Shown: positions 49,605 through 58,274 of the stretch, piece by piece
Layout of the letters: each line of letters starts with the position of its first letter
Position numbering within the stretch: position 1 is the first letter of the stretch
IMG/VR virus record: IMGVR_UViG_3300002219_000003
Span: 17,499 to 81,498 of that record
Reading direction: 5' to 3' (one strand)
Origin: a virus
Length of the DNA stretch: 64,000 bases
Made by a program: the position numbers and the translations under genes
The notes under the pieces: model-generated
What the model was told of the DNA's origin: nothing
What the model saw: the letters and a program-made list of their open reading frames with translations, nothing else
Database searches by the model: none

Positions 49605-50295
49605 GGTTATTACCTGTTTTAATTAGAAATAGTTCACCTGCTTCACTAACAAAAAATGGAACATTACAAATATCTTCTCCAGAATATTTATTCATTAAAT
49701 AGTTAACAAGAATATGTACCATTCTTGCTCCAATCAGTCCAGCAAAGTAAGCAGTTTGCTTAAAGGTACACTTGTCATCAGGAACTAGTTCATCTGGAAA
49801 TAGTGTCTTTTCATATTCTTCTTCCCTACCTTTTAGTACAGTAAATACCTGGTAGAAATTTGCACTTAACCTACCATCAATAAGTATTTCTCTACCTTCT
49901 TGCTGCTTCCAATTTTCAAAAACTTCTCTCCGAGTTTTCATATTATCAACTCCTACAATAGTTATAGGGAGAATATCTTCATGGTTCATCCTTTTTAACA
50001 GAGGAGTTATACTAAATGAAGTTACTCCAAATAAAGATAGAGTTTCTCTAATGGCATCTACCTTTTTCTTTCCAATATCTCCTGCACGGAAGAATTGTGT
50101 ACCAATATTATGAGGTTCAACAGTATCAGGATCAACTACTACAATCCTATCGGATAGTATTGTTTTAGTTAAATAGTATAGTAGATTTGACCCTATACCC
50201 CCTGCTCCTACTACCAGTATAGGCTCATCCTTGCTTTTGTTGTACCAAGGAGCATCCTTAAATCTTTCCGTATATCTTTCAGTATAGTATGCCAT
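49591..50295 (-). CDS. E1-like ThiF/MoeB-family activating enzyme
   Basis: VVGAGGIGS, VVDPDTVEPHNIGTQ, KKKV, VDN, IDGR, Cys in DDKCTFKQT. Confidence 0.9.
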   Translation of the reverse strand: MAYYTERYTERFKDAPWYNKSKDEPILVVGAGGIGSNLLYYLTKTILSDRIVVVDPDTVEPHNIGTQFFRAGDIGKKKVDAIRETLSLFGVTSFSITPLLKRMNHEDILPITIVGVDNMKTRREVFENWKQQEGREILIDGRLSANFYQVFTVLKGREEEYEKTLFPDELVPDDKCTFKQTAYFAGLIGARMVHILVNYLMNKYSGEDICNVPFFVSEAGELFLIKTGNNHEDL

Positions 50296-51424
50296 ATTCT
50301 TTTATTTCATTATTTAGTATTTCAACTACTCTTTTTAAATTTGGTATTTCTTCACTAAGACTACTAAATATATCAATAATCCTTATGATATTTTCTACTA
50401 TAGCATCTGTATTTCCAAACACATTCTCATGGATTATTTCTATATTTGATACTAGCATATCTTCATACTCCTTCCATTCCCTTGGATTTTTTGGTAGATT
50501 CTCTGAAATTAAACTTTTAAACTTAGCAGAAGAAGTTGAATCAAAAACACTTTTATCTATATATGTGTCTATAATATCATCCAAGGTTATTAGTTTTATA
50601 GCATACTCATTAATTTTCCTTTGGTTGGTGGTATATGAATTATCCATGTAATCATCTTCAGGAGTATCATCAACATCCCAGAGAGATTGTTGTACAGGTT
50701 CATATCTATTTTTATGGGAGTGATGGGTCTTATAATCTGATATATAACCCCTATAATTGGAAGAAGAATATGCTGGATCCCTAGATACAAAAGGATATAC
50801 TGATTCTTTTTGTTTACTGGTATAATTTGTTTCTACCTCTTCCAGATTCTCTTTAACCCATTCTGGAATAGTAATACCTCCCTCAAATTCTATATCTAAA
50901 TCTACATAAATAATATCAGTACTCTTTTCCTTTATTCTAAAAGTATGCTCTACTCCATTTGCATCTTTTATCTTCTTCACTATAATCTTTTCATCCTTTG
51001 AAGGAATGGCTAATTTGGCTGCATATGTTCCTTCCATATTTACTATTAAGGAGAGATAAAAGTTATAGTTAGGAGCATTCTCTTCTAGTTCAGATATATC
51101 TGCTCCAGAGAAAAAGGCCTGCATGTTATGGTGGGAATGAATAAGTCCATTTAAATACTCAAGATTATCATCCTTTAAATACTTATAGGCTTTTGCTATT
51201 CCTTCATTTACCTTAAATTCAGTCCAGACAGAACTTCCCTTATCCATTAGATACATGCCTATTGCAAAGAACTCTAAATCTTTTAAGGTACTAAAATCTC
51301 CACCAGTTTGTTTGTACAGTAATATTCCAGACCATTCCATATTCTTAATTTTAGAATGGAAAAAGTCAATTTGACTCTTTAGGAATTTACTAATTACTAT
51401 TTTTCCCTTTGGTATATTTTTCAT
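50279..51424 (-). CDS. JAB/MPN metallo-isopeptidase with C-terminal extension
   Basis: EWSG ... IHSHHNMQAFFSGAD (E...HxH-x7-S-x2-D). Confidence 0.85.
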   Translation of the reverse strand: MKNIPKGKIVISKFLKSQIDFFHSKIKNMEWSGILLYKQTGGDFSTLKDLEFFAIGMYLMDKGSSVWTEFKVNEGIAKAYKYLKDDNLEYLNGLIHSHHNMQAFFSGADISELEENAPNYNFYLSLIVNMEGTYAAKLAIPSKDEKIIVKKIKDANGVEHTFRIKEKSTDIIYVDLDIEFEGGITIPEWVKENLEEVETNYTSKQKESVYPFVSRDPAYSSSNYRGYISDYKTHHSHKNRYEPVQQSLWDVDDTPEDDYMDNSYTTNQRKINEYAIKLITLDDIIDTYIDKSVFDSTSSAKFKSLISENLPKNPREWKEYEDMLVSNIEIIHENVFGNTDAIVENIIRIIDIFSSLSEEIPNLKRVVEILNNEIKEYGILY

Positions 51425-51443
51425 TTTATTTTTTATTTAGTTA

Positions 51444-52694
51444 TTACTGATTTAACCCCATTTGACTCAATTTTATCTTTATAACTTCATCTGTAAAATC
51501 AAAGTTTAATGAATTTAGAAAATTTGTAATAAGTTCTTTAGACATTCTTTTTTCTGTACTTATATTACTTTCACTACTCTCGATTATTACAGGTTCTATA
51601 TGTTGCTCTTTAAAGTATATTCCTTGTACTGAATACCTAAAACTAACATCTTCCTTTTTAATTAAACTTATCTTACCTTCACTATCCCCGTAAACATCTA
51701 TCTTATACTTATCTCCAAACAATTTTTCTATTTTTTTTTCTATTTGAGTTCTTACATCACTAGAATAGGTAAATTGGGTAGAAGTAATAAAATCAAAGGA
51801 AATATTTAAAGGGTAAAGTATAAGATCTTCCAGAAGAGTAATGTAATCTTCTTCTGTTAATCTTTTAGGAATACTATCTACTTCTTCAACTTTAAAGGGT
51901 TTAAGATCACTTATATGGACAAAAGGCACTCCATCTATGCTCTCCCATTCAAAGAAAGATTTAAATAGTGCTATTAAGTATAGTAGTTCATCTATTCTGA
52001 TTCCTTCATTTGATCTTATTCGCATAAATGTTTCCAGATCAGAAGAACCTAAGCAAAAATCATCACTACTAGCTATTCTTCCAGTTGCACTTTTTCTTAT
52101 GTGAGAAATCATATACTGATGATAAACCTCCTTTGGCTCATAGGTAGCTCTAAAAGCATTAAAATCTCTTAAATATAAAACAAGATTACCTTTTTGTGGA
52201 ATTTTTAATGTAAGTATTAAATATAGATCACGTACTGTATGGGTTATATCTAAAGAATTTCTAACTACTATTTCAGGAAAGTGTATGGTTATATAAAGAT
52301 AATTATCAGATCTATCCACTTCTACTCTTTCCTCTGTAAAGACTCCATTTAAAATTTTTCTAATATATTTATCTAAAGAATCTCTTACAGTTCTTTCTCT
52401 AGATTTCTGTAATAATAATTTATAGTCATCTTTTGTAAAAGGTTTTATTCTATTAGATTTAATTTCACTTTCAACATAGTAATTTATAGAGTTTGAAACT
52501 TCTTCATCATCATTATGTAGATTAAGAACAGTTCTTACAAATATTCGCCCAAATTTTCTATAAAGTACTTCTCCAATTTTATCCTCTTTAGGTAGATATA
52601 CTATTGCTCCAGGAATAATTTTTGTATTCTTAGCAAAGAATAAATCTTTTTCTTTATCTGACATTCTAAGTATCTTCTCTATAACTGCATCCAT
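51444..52694 (-). CDS. Putative prokaryotic E2-like conjugating enzyme
   Basis: SHI...FCLG (Cys at 52055-52053), EWES..G.P; lies between Ubl and JAB genes. Confidence 0.6.
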   Translation of the reverse strand: MDAVIEKILRMSDKEKDLFFAKNTKIIPGAIVYLPKEDKIGEVLYRKFGRIFVRTVLNLHNDDEEVSNSINYYVESEIKSNRIKPFTKDDYKLLLQKSRERTVRDSLDKYIRKILNGVFTEERVEVDRSDNYLYITIHFPEIVVRNSLDITHTVRDLYLILTLKIPQKGNLVLYLRDFNAFRATYEPKEVYHQYMISHIRKSATGRIASSDDFCLGSSDLETFMRIRSNEGIRIDELLYLIALFKSFFEWESIDGVPFVHISDLKPFKVEEVDSIPKRLTEEDYITLLEDLILYPLNISFDFITSTQFTYSSDVRTQIEKKIEKLFGDKYKIDVYGDSEGKISLIKKEDVSFRYSVQGIYFKEQHIEPVIIESSESNISTEKRMSKELITNFLNSLNFDFTDEVIKIKLSQMGLNQ

Positions 52695-52727
52695 ATATTC
52701 TATTTTTTAAGGTACACCATAAATAGT

Positions 52728-52762
52728 AAAAAAGGAGAGAAGTAGTATTTTCCCTTCTCTCC
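52728..52762 (-). terminator. Terminator/attenuator between Ubl and E2-like genes
   Basis: Minus strand GGAGAGAAG-11nt-CTTCTCTCC followed by T run. Confidence 0.7.
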
Positions 52763-52789
52763 ATTTTACTAAAATTATATTTACTATTC

Positions 52790-53512
52790 TTAACTGTTTA
52801 GTATCTCATAAAGACTCTTACTAAGTTTCTCCAGTTTTTCTTCCTGTTCTACCATTTTTAATTTTTCTATATTCTCTTCATCTTCTTTTATTAATTTAAT
52901 GGCTTTTGTTATGTCAATAATACTACGTTCTAGTAAATCAACAGCAGAAATAGGTTGTTCCATCTCTACATCATAAGTTTCTGGAAAAGTTTCTTCTTGT
53001 GAATTTAGTTCTGTACCAGTCAATTCTTTTACAGCCTTTATAATATTACTTTTCATCTCTTCCTTTGTACCACTTAAATCAATATTTTTATCATACTTCC
53101 TATTCAAATGAGAACCAAATGATCTTAATGTATTGTAGTTAGCCTCTTCAAGACTTGTAATAAGTTTTACAGGATTCCAGGTTAGTAAGAAAATCAAATC
53201 TGCTATTTTATTACTATTAGTTGCTCCCCCTTTATGTTCTACTGGGGTAATAATAAAGATTAAGTCTTTATCAGGTAGAACTGCATCATCTATTTTCCCA
53301 TACTCAGCAAAAGTATCCCTATCAATAAACTTAAAACTTCTAATATAGTCTCGTCCTTCTCTAGTAATGGGTACAGTATCCAAAGGAATCTCTTCTTTCA
53401 GAACAGGATCCCTTAAAATTTCTTCCTTCAGTTGTCCCCATGTTGTAGCACTACTTCTCATTGTAAGCAATGAGATTTGAGCGGGTAGTTTAAATCTAAT
53501 TGTTCTTTCCAT
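52790..53512 (-). CDS. Ubiquitin-like domain ending in KGG (aa 94-96) fused to a helical C-terminal domain
   Basis: SSATTWGQLK...DDAVLP...FIITPVEHKGG; adjacent to E2/JAB/E1 genes. Confidence 0.65.
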   Translation of the reverse strand: MERTIRFKLPAQISLLTMRSSATTWGQLKEEILRDPVLKEEIPLDTVPITREGRDYIRSFKFIDRDTFAEYGKIDDAVLPDKDLIFIITPVEHKGGATNSNKIADLIFLLTWNPVKLITSLEEANYNTLRSFGSHLNRKYDKNIDLSGTKEEMKSNIIKAVKELTGTELNSQEETFPETYDVEMEQPISAVDLLERSIIDITKAIKLIKEDEENIEKLKMVEQEEKLEKLSKSLYEILNS

Positions 53513-53963
53513 AACTTTTGTTTTTTAATTTATACATTTGTTTTACTTTAATTAACACACCAGGATTTTCTTTACTAAAATCCCAAAATTTGTCCTTTAT
53601 TTTTAAAGGAAAAGGCAGTACATAATCTACACTATCATCAGGAATTATATCATATGCTACCATCAAATCAAATACAATCTGACAGGCATTATGAAAATCC
53701 CACTTATGTTTAGTTCCCCTTATAAAATGAAACTCTACCAGTAAAGGATAGTTAGTTTTTGACTTAATAGGCTTACATATTTCTAGAAAGGAATATTCTT
53801 TTGGTATTCTTTTAAATTCTTTAACTGTTTTAGTCTTAGAGTTATAACTTTGTATTCCAAAAAGCCTTAACCATCTAATAACCGTTTTACTTGGATATCT
53901 TCCTAATACCTTGCTATTTTTTAGTGATGGAATATTTCCTGGAATGAATATTAAATCATCCAT
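53496..53963 (-). CDS. RusA-like Holliday junction resolvase
   Basis: IPGNIPSLKN, WDFHN, DLM, IIPDD, NPGV. Confidence 0.7.
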   Translation of the reverse strand: MDDLIFIPGNIPSLKNSKVLGRYPSKTVIRWLRLFGIQSYNSKTKTVKEFKRIPKEYSFLEICKPIKSKTNYPLLVEFHFIRGTKHKWDFHNACQIVFDLMVAYDIIPDDSVDYVLPFPLKIKDKFWDFSKENPGVLIKVKQMYKLKNKSYGKNN

Positions 53964-54981
53964 TTAAATAGTTCTTTACTAATTTACAAAACTCATGAAT
54001 ACTCTTATTCTTGCAAAAATCACTAGGGTCCTTTTCCATTCCTAACGGATTATAAAAGTAAGGAATACTAAACTTTTCACTAAATTTCTTAGCATTTCTT
54101 ATTCCTGTTTCATCATTATCATACCAGATTATAATTTTCTTATACCTATTTTTAACTTTAGAAAACCATCTTTCAGGTACAAACATTGTTTCACTATTAG
54201 GAGCAACTCCATGAATAGTTAAATTCCCAAACATTTTATCCCTATTCATTCTCCAAAATATTCCTGCATCTTTTTTACTAGAGGTAATGAAAAGAATATC
54301 TCCTGTTTTAGGCATTACATCAACCAGTTGGACTATAGTATTATCTGTATTACTTATCCATCTATACTCCTTTCTTTCAGGAAAGTATAATTTTCTTTGA
54401 TATCTTCCTGAGTGAAAGTAATACTCATAGGAAAAAGCAAGTTCATCTTCAGGTACTTTCCACATTAAACCGTTAATCCAGTAATGGGATATAGATTCTG
54501 TTCTAGCTTCCTCTAACATTTCTTTAGTCCAGCAGTAACTATTCCAATACTTCAGATCTTTTTCTGTATAAGGTCTTTTTCTTTTCTTAATTATAGATGC
54601 AGTTTTTTCAAGAAAATCTATTTCTCCATAGGTAATACCTGTTTTTTCAATTTTCTCAATAGGTTGAGTAATATTACTAAATTCTCCTAGTTCTAGGTTA
54701 AAATCCCTATTTATTCTTTGTAATGCTTCCCTATAGGATAATCCATATAAAGCCATAACAAAGTTAATAGCCCTAAAACTCTGTCCTGTTCCAAAGTCTG
54801 TATAGAGTAAGTCTTTACCTACCTTAGCTACACAACAGGAAGGATTATTCTCCTTTCTAAAGTCAGACTTAAAATGTTTACCCACCTCTTTGAAATTTTT
54901 ACTATAGAACTTGAAGATATCGTATGAGGTTATCAGAGATAAAATATTTTCCTTTGTTAAAGGTTTTCTAACAGGTATCAT
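53956..54981 (-). CDS. DNA primase (crAss type)
   Basis: FRKENNPSC, YTDFG, ITSSKKD, YDNDETG, KDPSD (TOPRIM). Confidence 0.85.
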   Translation of the reverse strand: MIPVRKPLTKENILSLITSYDIFKFYSKNFKEVGKHFKSDFRKENNPSCCVAKVGKDLLYTDFGTGQSFRAINFVMALYGLSYREALQRINRDFNLELGEFSNITQPIEKIEKTGITYGEIDFLEKTASIIKKRKRPYTEKDLKYWNSYCWTKEMLEEARTESISHYWINGLMWKVPEDELAFSYEYYFHSGRYQRKLYFPERKEYRWISNTDNTIVQLVDVMPKTGDILFITSSKKDAGIFWRMNRDKMFGNLTIHGVAPNSETMFVPERWFSKVKNRYKKIIIWYDNDETGIRNAKKFSEKFSIPYFYNPLGMEKDPSDFCKNKSIHEFCKLVKNYLNG

Positions 54982-55002
54982 AAGATTTAACTACAAAAGT
55001 AG

Positions 55003-55026
55003 ATAGAAGGGGAAAATCCCCTTCTA
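55003..55026 (-). terminator. Hairpin terminator after the SSB-like gene
   Basis: TAGAAGGGG-aaaat-CCCCTTCTA perfect stem. Confidence 0.65.
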
Positions 55027-55055
55027 AACTACCATTCTAACTAAACTAAACTAAA

Positions 55056-55874
55056 CTAAAAAGGAATCGTATCATCCACACCTGGTTCTCTTGGTGTTTC
55101 CTCTTCCTGATCTGGTAAAACTACTTTAGGAATAGGGGGGATAAATTCCTTAAATTCAAGACCATGATATCCTTTAACAGGAAAGTTATCCTTTTCCTTT
55201 TTAGTTACATACTCAGACATCTTGGTTATAACTAAGGAAGGACTAAGGGATGCTCTTACAAAAATACCATTATCAACATTCTGATAATGTCTCCCATTTT
55301 TCTCTGATACAGTACATAGTACCCATACCACATTGTTAGCAGCTTCCTTTACATAGAAATTCAACTCTTTTACATCTCCTTTAAACAGGGCAGCCAAATC
55401 TTCAATGTAAACCTTATCATTTGAATTGGTATTTAGCCATTCCTTTAAAAATGCAATAAGGCTACTTTCCCCTACATAGGCTTCCCTTGCCCCTTCAGGG
55501 TTAAACCATTTCTTATTATTTTTAGATGATGTTTTATTAAGAGCTTCTTCCAGGGTAGATGCCCAGGTAGTTTGTCCATAGTTATTAATAAACTCATACT
55601 TTGTTTTATCACTACTCATTCTTTTCTCATCCTGTAAAAAGAAGGATATCTTACCTCGTAACTTACTATTCTGAACATAAAAATCCAATCTTACCTTTTT
55701 TACTTCATCCTGTTCAGTTACATAAATAGGTTCCTGAGAGACATTATACCCTAAACTCTCAAGTTTCTTTATATCAGGATTTATGGCTACTACCTTTACC
55801 TGAGTAACTCCTACATAAATAGGAAACTGTTTTATAGTTTCTTTACTTGAATCATTAACTTTTATTACTGGCAT
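55056..55874 (-). CDS. Single-stranded DNA-binding-like protein
   Basis: VVAINP, RLDF; acidic C-tail DDTIPF. Confidence 0.6.
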   Translation of the reverse strand: MPVIKVNDSSKETIKQFPIYVGVTQVKVVAINPDIKKLESLGYNVSQEPIYVTEQDEVKKVRLDFYVQNSKLRGKISFFLQDEKRMSSDKTKYEFINNYGQTTWASTLEEALNKTSSKNNKKWFNPEGAREAYVGESSLIAFLKEWLNTNSNDKVYIEDLAALFKGDVKELNFYVKEAANNVVWVLCTVSEKNGRHYQNVDNGIFVRASLSPSLVITKMSEYVTKKEKDNFPVKGYHGLEFKEFIPPIPKVVLPDQEEETPREPGVDDTIPF

Positions 55875-55921
55875 ACTTATTAATTTTTATTGGTTTATAA
55901 TTTAATTTCTAAAACTGTACT

Positions 55922-56176
55922 CTACTTCTTTTCTTCCTTACTAACTACATCACTTTTCTTTACAGTGGAAACTTTTCTTGGTTTTCTTGTTACTGATGCT
56001 TTAATCTTTTCTGGAGGAGTCATTAATTTGGAGAGCATTTCTTCCTGTTTAATTTCAACACTTGTCTTTAAGGATTTTAACCAGTAAGTTCCCTTATAAA
56101 AAGGAACAATGATTACCCAAAGGATAGTACCTATAAGCCTACCCAATACCACCAAAAAATCTAACAAAATTCTCAT
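55922..56176 (-). CDS. Small membrane protein
   Basis: Hydrophobic N-term, Lys-rich C-term. Confidence 0.5.
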   Translation of the reverse strand: MRILLDFLVVLGRLIGTILWVIIVPFYKGTYWLKSLKTSVEIKQEEMLSKLMTPPEKIKASVTRKPRKVSTVKKSDVVSKEEKK

Positions 56177-56207
56177 AGTTATTTGTTTTTAAAGTTAAAC
56201 ATTTATT

Positions 56208-56900
56208 TTATATTCCATAATACTTTCTAACTGTATCATCTACCAACCTTAAAGAGTTGGGAATTAAGAAATCTTTGAACATTCCTAAAGGACTTTTTCC
56301 TGTAGACCTATTCATCTGAGTCTCAAAGTAATACTTATTTTCTCCATTATTACCTTTTTCTACTGCTCCAAATAAAACTACAGGTAATTTAGATTCTAAC
56401 TTGATTTTTTCCAATTTTCTTCCATTCGTTACTAAACATTTACTTTCATTTCCATCTACATTTGTATAGGTTGTAATATGTCCCATAAGATAAATGGTAA
56501 GATCCTTTTTCATGCCATTACATATTGTTACCAACTCATAAATATCTCTTGCTAGATCCATCCAATTATCAAAACTCAATTTCTTTCTTTCTAACATTTC
56601 TTTATCAACCATTATTGCATTAATAGTATCAATAATTACACTTTTAGTTTTACTACCTTTATCAATTTTTTCCAGTAAAGTTTTTATAGTTTGAAAGTCA
56701 GAAGTATTAAATAAATTTATATTCTCTTTCCATCCTTCCAATTTAAATGGTAACTGTTTTTTATCAGCATTAATTAGTACTGTTGTATTAGGATCCATAC
56801 CCTGATAGTTTTCTGGATTATAAGTCCCATCAGGATTTATTACAATACTGGTAGTTTTACCCCCACCACTCTGTTGAAAAATTCCTACTGTTATTGCCAT
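56208..56900 (-). CDS. AAA ATPase (Sak4/AAA_24-like)
   Basis: QQSGGGKTT, VIIDT, MGH, TGKSPLGMF. Confidence 0.8.
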   Translation of the reverse strand: MAITVGIFQQSGGGKTTSIVINPDGTYNPENYQGMDPNTTVLINADKKQLPFKLEGWKENINLFNTSDFQTIKTLLEKIDKGSKTKSVIIDTINAIMVDKEMLERKKLSFDNWMDLARDIYELVTICNGMKKDLTIYLMGHITTYTNVDGNESKCLVTNGRKLEKIKLESKLPVVLFGAVEKGNNGENKYYFETQMNRSTGKSPLGMFKDFLIPNSLRLVDDTVRKYYGI

Positions 56901-56914
56901 ACTATTTATTTTTA

Positions 56915-57226
56915 TTATTTATAAACAATTCTAATTTCTGTTTCTATAAAAACTTCAGAGATTACTTGTATATCATCTATATCCCAATCATAATCCTCTG
57001 TCATTATTCCCTCTTCTTGTGAAAATTTATAGTTTATCCTAAAAAATTTACCATCAGTTATTCTTTTAAATATCTTATACCGATCTTCTGTATATACTGA
57101 CATTTCATCATGTTCATCTTGGACTTCTTCAAACCATACTTTTCCTTTATCCGTTTCTATATAATTCTCAAACATCAGTTTTCTCCATTGAGAATTAGTC
57201 AATTCAATTGTCTCCCTTTCTATAAC
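56915..57226 (-). CDS. Hypothetical protein
   Basis: About 95-103-aa ORF; start uncertain. Confidence 0.5.
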   Translation of the reverse strand, partial: VIERETIELTNSQWRKLMFENYIETDKGKVWFEEVQDEHDEMSVYTEDRYKIFKRITDGKFFRINYKFSQEEGIMTEDYDWDIDDIQVISEVFIETEIRIVYK

Positions 57227-57243
57227 TGTAATTTTTTAAATTG

Positions 57244-57609
57244 TTATTTACTACTTTGATCATTACTATAAATATTATCCTGAATATTACCTTTAATTTT
57301 CCCAAATGCTCTATAGGTCCGAATAAGTGCTTCTAGTCTTTCTGAATACATTAACTCTGGAGAGGATAGTAAGGTTATACTACTGGATACATCAAATACA
57401 TCAATAACTCCCTCATATATAACAACAACTATATCTCCCTTTATAAGAATGGAGGAATCTTCAATTATCTCAGTTGCTTCTGAACTGTTAATCCATGAGG
57501 AATAAAATTGGTACAGACTATTTGCAATGGGACTTTCCTTATCCAACTCTTTATATCCCATCTTATAAATATCCCTTTCAATGAAACTTATTATATCTTT
57601 ACTATTCAT
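57244..57609 (-). CDS. Hypothetical protein
   Basis: 121-aa ORF. Confidence 0.55.
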   Translation of the reverse strand: MNSKDIISFIERDIYKMGYKELDKESPIANSLYQFYSSWINSSEATEIIEDSSILIKGDIVVVIYEGVIDVFDVSSSITLLSSPELMYSERLEALIRTYRAFGKIKGNIQDNIYSNDQSSK

Positions 57610-57635
57610 GTTTTTAAGTTTTTATTAAGAAATAG

Positions 57636-57740
57636 AAAAGAATCTGGTGGTTACAATTATCAAATTTAGAGACTGTTTATACGACTCAACCAAAGTGTAA
57701 CCCTGGATTTGCTTAAATTGCCTATTCCACCAGATTCCTT
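57636..57740 (-). ncRNA. Candidate structured intergenic RNA element
   Basis: GAATCTGGTGG (57640-50) pairs with CCACCAGATTC (57727-37); GGTTACA pairs with TGTAACC inside; T run downstream on minus strand. Confidence 0.35.
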
Positions 57741-58256
57741 CTATGATTTTGAACTTTCTATACTATACTTTACCTTGGTAAATTTGCTTACATAGTAAGG
57801 TACATTGTACTTTACCCCATACCTATTTACTCCTACCCTGTTCTTCCATCTATTACTCCCACAGTTCCAGATTGATGCTATTTCTTGGTCTGTGTACCCT
57901 TTCTTTATAAGATTTTTTACCTTATAATATGCTATAAGATCTTGATTTTTTGGATTTCTTATATCAAGTATGGTATCATAGTATATCAAGCACATTCTTT
58001 TCCAGGTAGTTCTGGTAAATTGGTAAGCACCATACTCTCCTGAACCTCCCTTTAGAAAATAGTTATCTCCACTTTCTATAATTCTTATTGTTTCTAGAAT
58101 GGTATTTATTCTTTTTTCTTCTTTTTCTCTTTGTTCAATATACCTATTTATTTTACCTTCTATTTTTACTAAAGTAAAAAGTATGCTATTATGATTAGGT
58201 GCTTTTACATTAATACTAAGAACTATCATTATTACAGTTATACATAATTTTTTCAT
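57741..58256 (-). CDS. Lysozyme-like/transglycosylase protein with N-terminal signal
   Basis: IESG...GAYQF...TW...WNCG...YV. Confidence 0.75.
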   Translation of the reverse strand: MKKLCITVIMIVLSINVKAPNHNSILFTLVKIEGKINRYIEQREKEEKRINTILETIRIIESGDNYFLKGGSGEYGAYQFTRTTWKRMCLIYYDTILDIRNPKNQDLIAYYKVKNLIKKGYTDQEIASIWNCGSNRWKNRVGVNRYGVKYNVPYYVSKFTKVKYSIESSKS

Positions 58257-58274
58257 AGTTTAATATTTTGGTTA

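Noticed and set aside
49591..50295. ThiF as a thiamine/molybdopterin biosynthesis auxiliary gene
   Set aside because: No thiS/thiG/moaD/moaE context; neighbours are JAB, E2-like and Ubl-fusion genes
55038..55058. (AACTA)4 microsatellite
   Set aside because: Short low-complexity run next to a stop codon and terminator; no evidence of function
57690..57740. tRNA gene (GGTGGAATAGGCA resembles a D-arm on the minus strand)
   Set aside because: No T-arm GTTCRA, anticodon arm or acceptor stem could be built
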